Of a DNA stretch of 64,000 nt, positions 27,901 to 37,645 are shown piece after piece. Numbering within the stretch: the first letter of the stretch is position 1; every line of letters starts with the position of its first letter. The notes under the pieces are model-generated. The model was not told where the DNA came from and did not search any database. It saw nothing but the letters and a program-made list of their open reading frames with translations. The position numbers and the translations under genes are program-made. This stretch comes from Cycas panzhihuaensis (Eukaryota; Plantae; Cycadophyta): contig CM041465.1 of the NCBI GenBank assembly GCA_023213395.1, positions 187,681,741-187,745,740 of the forward strand. Direction: 5' to 3'.

Positions 27901-29552
27901 CTATCCATGTCACATATATGACACCATTTGTCCATTTGATGTAATGTGCTATTTTTTGGGTTTATCTCGCATCCTTTTGTTGTATGCAAGCTTTCCTTGC
28001 ATATATGACACCATTTTTCCTAGTTTCTTCTTCCTCCTTCTTATTCTTCATCCTTAATCTTGCTACTTATTTTCTTAGAGCTTCAATCTCTGATTCTTCT
28101 TTTGATTTTCCCATTTGGCAAAGGGATCAATTATGTTGATTCTGTTTTATTGTTCGTATTTCATCTTTTAATCTGAGTAATAAGGGATCATGCCCTCTGA
28201 CTTGGGTATCCATTTTAGCTTCAAAATCTAGTGCCAACTCTTGAGCATTTTTAAAAGACTTTAAGGGATGTGCATGCATCATGGATCTCAATTTTTCATT
28301 CAGACCTCTGACAAAGTAATTCTTCATGTTGTGGTCTGTTATTGTCTCACTAATCATGTTGGTGGTGATTATTTTTATATGGCTGATATAGGTTACTACT
28401 GGTTTGTCAGGACTTTGTTTGATCTCTCTAAGGGCAATCTCGACAACCTCATTGCTACAAAATTTTTGAAATCTTTGCTCAAATGATTTCTTTATATTTG
28501 CCCAGGTTTCCATTTTATCTAGTTCTTTATACCATGCCAATGGTACTCCCCTTAGTGTACAAGCAAATCTTACCTTTATCTCCTCCTCGTTTATGATTTT
28601 TTTCACATTAATCAAATTCTGAAATAAATACACATGTTCTATCACATCAGATGTGTTATTAAAGATTAACTTTTGAAAGTCCCTTGAGTCGTCCATCCTT
28701 GGCGCCTACACTAATGTCCCTCCTAGTGACGATGACCTTTCTCCCTCTGAATTTGACTTCTCGGGAGATTTTGTTTCCTTCTTCTTACTATCCACTTTGG
28801 GTGATGTATTCGGTGTGCTTGGTGCAACACTATCTCTCCTAAATAGAGGGTTTCGAAATGGGATTTTTAAATGAAAGGGTCAGGTACTCCTAGCACTTGT
28901 ACCATCAATGGCATAACCACTAGATATGATTGCTCGGACCCCCTGTTCGGTGAGTTTTCAAAGAACTATCTTGTTAACTTATTTTCCCAATATGACAAGG
29001 GACCTTCCTCCAACTTTTCCTCATTATCACTTAGGTCGTTTGGGGTATCATCCACATTTATATGTTTCTTCTTCCCTAGGGTTTCATTTGTAATATCACT
29101 TTGCTCCAATTTTCCTTGTGAATTTTCCTCTTTTTCTAGGCTTATAAGGTCAGATCTAATTAGGGTAGGTGTTAGTATGATTCTTTCCTCATTTCTTTCT
29201 TCTCCTTGTTCTTGAGGTGTCGGGGCTCCACTTGCCTCAAATTCTTCAATGGACTATGCCTTAGTCTCGTTATTATTCAAGATCAGTCTTCTTGCCTTTC
29301 TTAATTTAGATACTTTCGACCATCGTAGTGCCCTTTGTCTACTTGATTCTTTTCCCTTAGGTGAAGTACCCTTTTGTGGCTCTTCTGCCTTTGAAGGCCT
29401 CTTAGGTGTCATTAGAAGGTCCCCTAGCTATTGGAGGCTTAGTTATAGCCTACCATCATGACGATAGCCAGGGTTCCTTGCCCTTTAAATATGTTCTCCT
29501 TGTAAAACTCCTCGCCTAGTCCCTCCTCTATGGATATAGGCAATGGAACCAA

Positions 29553-31750
29553 TGTTGACTTATATTTTTCACTACACTTGTGATAAATGCACTTGTCAAG
29601 GGATCACTAGTTGGTAGTCTAACCTAGGATATAGTCAACATATTCATGTTTCCATTATAATCACATTACACACAATATGGAAGGAACAAATCATCACATA
29701 TTCATCATTATTCCATCAAAACAATACACTAATAATTACATACTTTTCATGTAATTAGCACAATACACATAATACACAATATTTTCACGTAACTTTTTCT
29801 TTATTAAGCAATAAGATCAGTACATTCTTTTCTAGAATGTATCCTGCATATGTTCCAGCCATATACACACTACACTGTCATATGCATTCTATTAGGGAAT
29901 GCACTAGGGAATGTATCTGCTAATTCACCCGATTGTACTGTCCTTCTTGGTACTTTGGCTCCTAAATTGACTCATGGAATGAATGCTTGTCTCTTACCAT
30001 TGAATTGGTGAGAAAGGTACCCTTACATGCCTCCTTTTGCCATCCTTTGAGTGAATGGAAATTAGAAGTCCACCAAAGATTATTGTCATATGAGGGCCAA
30101 AAAAGACTGGGGGCCTACGAAAGAAGGGGGCCAAGGTCAAAAACAATGCCTGGACTTGAAATCAAATTGTAATATGATTTAATTGAATCAAAACTTTGTA
30201 AAAGATAAAAATTTCTGAATAAAATTAAACGTCTGTTAATAGCGTGCGAACCAGACAGATTTTTGACGCAAAAAATCAATGAAAGGGACACCAAAAATGA
30301 TAAAAAATGATCAGAGGAGGGGTGCAGTTGATCTATTGATGGAGATCGATCAAAATATTTCAAAAAAAAAAAAAAGAATTTTAATATATAAAAATCACAA
30401 AAATACGACACAAAGGTCACACGACTGTCCTACGGAGAACGGTTGATGAACAGGATTAGATTTGATAAAAAAAAACACATGCTAAGCATTGATCGACCCC
30501 TGCGCCAGCTCCGGAGACTCATACAAAGAGAACTCACTCAAAAAATTTGAAGAAATAGCCTTTGTTTGGCTCACGCAGGTCAAGGAGGGCGTTGGGAGCC
30601 GTGGAGGTCATATGGCCAACACGAGGCTTGAAACAGGCTTGCAATAGCCTCAACTAACTCAGATCAGCCCTGCTATAAAGTTGCATGAAGATCCAGCAAG
30701 AAATGAAGTTGAGACGAGTGATTTTCACTTAGGTATACTGGAGTTTTAATAGACAGTGAGATAGACGATAGAGCAGGTGTTTGTTGATGAAAAGTCTAAT
30801 GTTACATATAATGTTGAAGATTCTATTGAGATTAATGATCACATTGCTACATTTGAGACTACATGCACATTTGACCTAATCGACTTTCCTCAAAAGGACA
30901 AAGTCAAAGTTGAAGACAATTCTATTCATTTGAAGCAAGTCATATTTACACTTGAACCATATTTTGTTAAAGACCACATGAAAAGGACAATGATGCAAGT
31001 TGTTGACCACTTCAAAGATGATGAAGCCAAAGGATATGAGTACAATCACCTTGTCAAAGTATACCTAAAGCACTTGTACCACAAATTCAAAGAGAAACTG
31101 AAGAAGAAGTAATGAACATTAAGGGGGAGTATGTTGGGGTTAATGCCCCTCACTTAACTGCCACCTGAAGAACATGTGAGTGCACACATCGTCATGGTAA
31201 GTTAAGGTGAGATTATTTTATTATGCATTGTTATTATTTTAATGTTAAGTCATTATTATATATTACTTTGAATTTTAGAGGTTGAGGAGGATTCCTTCCT
31301 CCTTCCCAAGTATATATTTTATGGGGTTCAAAACCCTAGTGTTCTTCAACATTACCTTCATCAAAGGAATTTGTATGTACTCTCTTCAAAGATGGATTAA
31401 TACAATGATGTTTACAATGTATACTATCAATATGGCTTAAATGTTACTTTCATCTGTATGTTCACCTGCTATGCTCTGTTCTCCATACTCTAACACGCAT
31501 CCATACGTACTCCTATTCTGGCAGACATCATCAGATCTGGGCGCCCTTTGGTTCCTCTCTATCATGCGTATTGTTCTGTTTGCTAGTGTACCTAAAAAGG
31601 TACATGTCCTATTTTGCATACCCAGTCATTATGTATTTTGATTTTTCCTATCATACATACTTTTGAATGGTTTGTACCTGCACTCTTCTAGTTTGCACAA
31701 GCCTGCATACCAATTTTCTCACAGTTTATGTGACAAATCTATCCCCAATA
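29553..31750 (-). repeat. 5' LTR of gypsy E, interrupted at 30059-31435
   Basis: Similarity to 19959-20464 stops at gagtgaatgg (30058) and resumes at ~31436. Confidence 0.88.
30059..31435 (+). mobile_element. Non-autonomous LTR-element fragment F inside the LTR of gypsy E
   Basis: Contains an orphan 111-aa ORF (30777-31112), PPT aagggggagta and an LTR-like segment starting TGTTGGGG at 31132. About 70 bp of the host LTR are missing at the junction. Confidence 0.6.
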
Positions 31751-32008
31751 GCTGGTTCATAAAGATTTATGTGGACTCATGTCCACACCATATTTTGGAG
31801 GAGCTTGTACTACATCACCTTCATTGATGACTTTTCACACAAGGTTTGGGTTTACTTCATCAAACATAAATTTGAGGCATTAGAGAAATTCAAGGAATTC
31901 AAACTTGAGGTGGAAAATGAGTCAGATTATTCAATCAAAATGTTGAGATCTGACAATGGAGGTGAATGTACTTTGAGACTTCAACCAGTTCTATAAAGAC
32001 TATGGAGT

Positions 32009-32311
32009 CATAATGAACCATCACACCAAAACCTCGAGGTAGTAGTGGAGAGGGACCCACACATATTTAACATGTTCCATTTCTTGAGATATGACGCCCA
32101 CATCGGCTGACTCGCACCAACTACATGAACCTAGTACTAGTGACTAGGCAACCTGCCATGGGGACCTTGCACTAGCCCAGACTAGGCAAAGGACTTTACA
32201 CACAATGCTGAGGAGAGTCGAACCTAGGTCCAGGCTTTGATATGACATATAACAAACTGTCACACCAAAACCTTGAAGTGGTAGTGGAGAGGACCCCCCA
32301 CATATGTAACA
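32009..32311 (-). mobile_element. TRIM (miniature terminal-repeat retrotransposon), ~300 bp with ~64-bp terminal repeats
   Basis: Direct repeats ~32009-32072 and 32248-32311 (tcacaccaaaacc...catat[t/g]taaca). Degenerate iMet PBS (reverse complement gctttgatatga, 32234-32245). Interrupts the copia B integrase at YGV|(Q)LTA. Confidence 0.75.
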
Positions 32312-35300
32312 AACTCACTGCTCTACAAACATGTTAATAGAATGGAGTATCTAAGAGGATGAATAGGACTTTGGCAAACAAAGCCAAAGCTATGATGCAT
32401 GTAAAAGGGCTTCCTCTTTCCTATTGGGTAGAAGCATTCCACATAGTAGCATGTGTAACCAAAAGGAGCCCTACTACTACAGTCATCGATATAACACCAA
32501 AGGAGGCTTGGTTTGGTAAAAAGTCAACTGTAAGCCATTTGCATACTTTTGGATGCATTAGTTATATGCATATTCCCCAACAACAAAGAAAGAAGTTGGA
32601 TGATAATAGTCTAAAATATATTTTCATTGGTTACTCTCTTAACTGCAAAACATATAGAGTATATGATCCTATTGCCAAGAAAATGCATATATCTAGAGAT
32701 GTAATCTTTGCTAAGGATAATGAGGAGTTGGAACCAACATCCATTCGTCTTCCTCTTGACAAAGGCAAGTAGAGGGTTGAGGACTTTCTTCCCTCACAAT
32801 CTTCCACACCATGTTCTTCTTTTGCTTCTGTTGTTTCTTCATCTACTTTTGCTTCATCTTCATCAATAGCTCCACTTAGCCTTGGTAGCACTTTTGTTGA
32901 TCAACCATTACAATCCCAAGATATTGATATTCAAGTTATATTCACGAAGAAGCTACCTAAATGGTATACTCAGTAATAGATAATCAAGTCATTGAAGGAA
33001 AACATTCATCTAAAATGAGACAACAAACAGTTAACTATGCACTTATGGCTAAAGTGCTTTGTGTAGATGAGCCTTCTACTTTTGAGGAGGCATGTAAAAG
33101 AGAAAAATGGAAAGCTACCATGGATAAAGAAATTCATTCTATTGAAAAGAATAGAACTTGGGATTTGGGTGAATTTCCTAAGAACAAATAAGTAATCAGT
33201 TGTAAATGGGTGTATAAAACTAAATTATAATATGATGGATCAATCGAGCATCATGAGGGTCGACTAATTGCCAAGGGCTTCAAGCATAAAAAAGGCATTG
33301 ATTATGACAAAACCTTTACACCTATTGAAAACATAAACACTATTAGATTAACATTGGCCTCAACTGCTCAATGCAAGTGGCCAATATATCAAATGGATGT
33401 AAAGAGCGTTTTTCTCAATGGCAATCTTCAAGAGGAGGCTTATTTGGAGCAACCTCTTGGTTATGTTGCAAATGGCAAAGAACACGTGGTCCGTCACTTC
33501 AAAAAGAATTTGTATGGATTAAAGCAGGCCCCTTGAGCATGGTACTCAAAAATCAATGATTATTTTTTAAGACATGGATATCATCAATCTTCATTAGATC
33601 CTAACTTGTACATAAAAGTTTAGAATAACTATGTTGCCTTTGTCATTTTATATGTCGATGATTTAATAATCACTAGAAGTGATACTAAGATGATACAAGT
33701 TCTCTAGGATGACCTTAAGAGGAGTTTCGAGATGACTAATCTTGGACTTCTCCATTATTTCTTAGGCATGGAGGTGTGGCAATAGCCAGGTCATATTTTC
33801 ATTTTACAAGCCAAATATTTTTGAGATATTTTGCAATGATTCAGAATGGAGGACTACAAACCATTGCCTACAACCATGGAGAATAAAACAAAGTTATCGG
33901 TTGATGAAGAAGTAGCACTAGTAGATTCCACATTATATCGACAACTAGTGGGTAGCCTAATCTATCTCACCAACACTAGACCTAATCGTTCATTTGCAGT
34001 TGGGATTTGTTCTAGGTACATATCTCAACCCAATCATAAGCATTAGAATGCAACCAAATGTATACTAAGATATCTCAAAGGCACATTGCATCGTGGCCTT
34101 TAGCATACACATAATGAGAACTTCATTTTGGAGGCGTTCTCGAATTTTGATTGGGCAGGATGCTAGGATAGTTATCGCCCAACCTTGGAATATTGCTTCA
34201 CCCTTGGTTCAAGTGTTGTTTCATGGAGTTGTAAGAAGCAACCTAATGTTACCTTGTCCTCCACTGAAGCAAAGTACAAAGCTGTAGTCAACACAACTTG
34301 TGAGGCTATTTGGCTAAGGAGGATTCTTAGCGAGCTTGACTTGAGCAAAATCACCCCATCAGGTTATATTATGGCAATCAAAGTATGCTCAAGTTGACTA
34401 AAAATCCAGTTTTCTATGCAAGGACCAAACACATTAAGATCTATCACCACTTCATCAAAGAACATGTGCAAAATGGTGAGATCGACCTCTTCTATAGGCC
34501 CACAGATCACAACTATTAGGCAAACTTCCTCTTCATGAGATCCTAAGGGTTGTGCTCATCATCTATTGGTGTGAAGGTTGAATGCCATCTTCAACAAGGA
34601 CATCAAAGTGAACCCCAATAAGATTATATTCATCAAGATAAACTTAAAATGAGGTGGGGGTGTTGTATTTATAGGAGGATCATCCCATTATTATATTATT
34701 CTATCGTTAAATTAACCAATCATACATTTCCTCTATTTTTAAACACTCTTAACCTTAATCTCCTTAACCCTTTTCCTACTTAACCTCCTAATATATTAAC
34801 CCTCTAACATGTGGGGAAGGCTCACCATAGAATCACAACTAAAAGTTCAACTTGAGGTCGCTCCACCTGCCAAGAAACTCACCAAATGGTACTTGAAAAC
34901 CAGTGTAAAAGCTCAGTTCCCTAAAACTAAAGGAAAACAAAAGTTGAGGATGAGACTTGATACGGTTAACTTTGCTTTGATGGTAGATGTGCTCAATATT
35001 GGTGAGCATTCGAGTTATGAGGAGGCCTATGAGGAGTAGAACTGAAGAATGATAATGGATGATGAAATTCATATTGTGAGACAAAATAAGACTTGGGACT
35101 TAGTTGAATTACTAGCAAGCAAATAAATAATTAGTTGCCAATGGGTCTATAAGACCAAATTCAAATATGATGGCTCAATTGACAAATTTAAAGCTAGATT
35201 GTTTGGTAAAGGTTCCAAGTAGATAGGAGGCATCAATTACTAGCAAACATTCAATTTGATAGTAATGATGGTGACACATAGATTGATACTGACAATGGTT

Positions 35301-36547
35301 GCTCAATTCAAATGGTAGTTACGCTAGTTTGATGTCAAGAGTGCCTTCATGAATGGAGATCTTGTAGAGCAAGTTTATATGAAGTAGCCACTTAGGTATG
35401 TTGCAAAAAACAAATAACACCTTGTGTGCTACTTGAAATAAACTTTGTATAACTTGAAGCAAACTCCAAGAACTTGGTATTCCAAGATCAATCAATATTT
35501 TTTGTAGAATAGGTTTGAGAGGTTGCCAACTAATCCAAACCTATATATCAAAGCCAAAGGTGAACATTCAATCATCTTTGTAATTTTGTATGTGGACAAT
35601 CTACTTATCAGAGGTGATGGTACCTCAAAGGTTAAAGAGTTGAAGGATGATCTCAAGAAAACTTTTGAGATGACAAATTTTGGATTGCTCCATTATTTTT
35701 TGGAGTAGAAGTTTGGTAAAAGCTTGGGAAAATCATGATTTTATAGGGTAAGCATGTGTGGAAAATTCTGTAAAAATTTATAAAGGAGGACTATAAATCT
35801 ACTCCAACTCCCATGGAGACATGTTCAATATTGTCAACTTAGAATGATGGAGACTGAATTGATGGCACTATGTATAGGCAACTAGTTGGTAGTTTGATTT
35901 ATTTGACTACAAGTAGGCTTGATACTTCCTTTACTGTTGGTATGGAGTTGAGGTTCATGTCAGAGCTAAGGTAGAGCCATTGGGATGCTATAAAGAGGAT
36001 CCTTAGATATTTATGGAAAAGTCAGCTCTATGGATTGGAGTTCAACCAGGACAACAATTTTAGGTTAAAAGGGTATTTAGATTCTGATTGGGCTAGATGT
36101 TCTAATAGCAAGAGTTCCACTTTAGGCTATTACTTCAATTTGGGTTCTGTTGTTGCTTGGAGCAACAAGAAGTAGCTTAATGTTGCATCATCTTCCACTG
36201 AAGTGAAGTACAAAGTTGTAGTCGTAACAACTTATGAGACCATCTAGTTGAGATAGGTCCTTGGTGATTTGGGACTTCATCCAGATGAGGCGACTACTTT
36301 GTATTGTGACAACTGGAGCACATTGAAGATTGCCAAGAGTCTAGGATTCCATGTTTGCACCAAACACATTGAGATGCATCACCATTTCATCCAGGAGTAG
36401 ATCTAGAATGGAGATTTTGAGCTCTTGTACAAGCCTACTGAAGAGTATTTGGCAGATATCTTCACCAGATCCTTGACTAAGGACACATTTGATAAATTTA
36501 GATTTTATATTGACATTGAAGCCAATGATGTAAACATTAGGGGGGAC

Positions 36548-36881
36548 TATTAGAATTAATGTTTACACTATTAGGGTTATGGATCTTAGCATGTTACTAG
36601 TGAGTCATTGGTTGGTGAGTAGGATGGTCATCATTCAATTGGTGACACATGTCTAGGAGTTACATTAGGCCTTTAATAGGCATCTAATAAGTGTTGGGGC
36701 AGTTACATGCCGTTCATTGACCATTATCAATCTTGCTTCTATATATGTGTATATTGACTTGTACATTATTATTCAAGTATTCAAAGTGAATTAAAAAATT
36801 TTGAAGATGGACTAATTCTACCTAAAAATTTTGGAGTGTTCGCTTTTTTGATTTGGCTTGTTCGTGGTTCAATCACTTGCA
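36548..36881 (+). repeat. 3' LTR of copia A
   Basis: Follows the PPT; tattagaatt...cacttgca, followed by TSD ATTCT. Confidence 0.92.
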
Positions 36882-37260
36882 ATTCTCATATCTACAATTC
36901 CAATCACAATCTCTTCTCCAACATTATCATCTTGTAGCCATGCTCCTTTAGGAAAGCCTAGGAACCTTAGGGTATGCATTGCCATTAGTTGAACATCCAT
37001 GCCTTTCTCAACGTGACTTGTCCCCTTGGCTTGTTTGAGTTTCTTAACGGACAACATAAAGAAAAAAAGGAGGGGGAAAAAATGTTACAGAGGGGTCTTA
37101 AAAGAGCAATGAAAATTAAACTTCACAAATAAATTCTAGAGAAGTCTGATGTTAGATTTTTAAGATTAATTTTATTACAGTTCAAGGAAAAAAATATAAA
37201 GAATGTGCATTCACTTGTTGAGGAGTTGTATGGGCTGCAAGGCCATTGATGAGCTGATGT
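36882..37260 (-). pseudogene. Subtilisin-like protease (SBT2/ALE1-type) pseudogene, 5' portion
   Basis: I9 propeptide fragment HQLINGLAAHTTPQQ (37259->37215) followed by a GT donor. Next exon VKKLKQAKGTSHVEKGMDVQLMAMHTLRFLGFPKGAW...GEEIVIGIVDMR (catalytic Asp motif, cf. EDIVIGFVDTGI). Confidence 0.88.
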
Positions 37261-37645
37261 TATGGAAGCCATTAGATGTTCCCTTGATTATTTGGAGGGG
37301 CAACTATCCTCAAGGGATATAATCTCATCATCAAGGAAGAGTTTTTTTTTTTTTGGATAAAATATTTAAACATTTATCTCCTTAGTTTTGAAAAATAATG
37401 TTTAATCCATGATTATTGTAATTATCTATTAAGTTTTTTTTTTTTTTTTTGATATGGTAAAAATAGAAGGGGTTTTAACAAGTCCCCAAACCTTTTACAA
37501 CAACTGCCACATGGCTATAGGACAATATGGCCATGACATGCCCATGGCCTAGCATAACCAAATCCACCCTAAACACTCTAAGCCTTGTCTAACATTAACA
37601 AGCCTTAACTCTCCCCATTCTGAACCACATCCAATCTTACCAGAC

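Larger units (their letters stand above)
19959..31750 (-). mobile_element. Ty3/gypsy non-chromovirus (Athila-like) LTR retrotransposon E nested in the copia B integrase
   Basis: LTRs 19959-20815 and 29553-31750 (the latter interrupted). TSD actgg/gctgg. PBS TGGTTCCATTGCC (29551-29539) resembles the tRNA-Asp PBS TGGCGCCGTTGCC. gag 28127-28696, zinc knuckles, protease VIVDGGGAVNVLP (~27100), RT 24687-25319 (VFLDD), RNase H, integrase (~22750-23900), extra 3' ORF. Confidence 0.93.
15985..34596 (+). mobile_element. Ty1/copia LTR retrotransposon B nested in C/A
   Basis: 5' LTR 15985-16554 (tgttaaga...tcttcaaca), PBS tggtatcaaag at 16557. gag with zinc knuckle (HYCGKMGHITPEC), protease ~19420, integrase CEACIMGKQHR..LQLV | VHKDLCG, RT (QMDVKSVFLNG, LYVDDL), RNase H. 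Only the last ~77 bp of the 3' LTR remain (34520-34596). TSD aggat/aggac. Confidence 0.9.
15851..34809 (-). mobile_element. Minus-strand LTR element C: PBS plus a 5' LTR split by copia B
   Basis: gctttgatacca (15851-15862) is the reverse complement of PBS TGGTATCAAAGC. LTR halves ~15865-15984 and 34597-34809; the minus strand starts TGTTAGAGG at 34809. The internal part left of 15851 has no recognisable domain. Confidence 0.6.
10468..36881 (+). mobile_element. Ty1/copia LTR retrotransposon A (outermost element of a 26.4-kb nest)
   Basis: LTR pair 10468-10805 and 36548-36881. Perfect 5-bp TSD ATTCT (10463-10467 / 36882-36886). Degenerate tRNA-iMet PBS tggtattgaag at 10808; PPT agggggga before 36548. 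gag ~12430-13100, protease WYID*GASRHM ~13200, integrase 13700-14300, RT/RNase H 34835-36530. Confidence 0.93.

Noticed and set aside
28871-29461. Plus-strand ORFs of 114 and 70 aa
   Set aside because: S/F/L-rich antisense shadows of the minus-strand gag N-terminus.
32009-32311. Short direct repeats suggesting a CRISPR-like repeat-spacer unit
   Set aside because: Only two repeats, with a PBS, in a eukaryotic TE context; explained as a TRIM.
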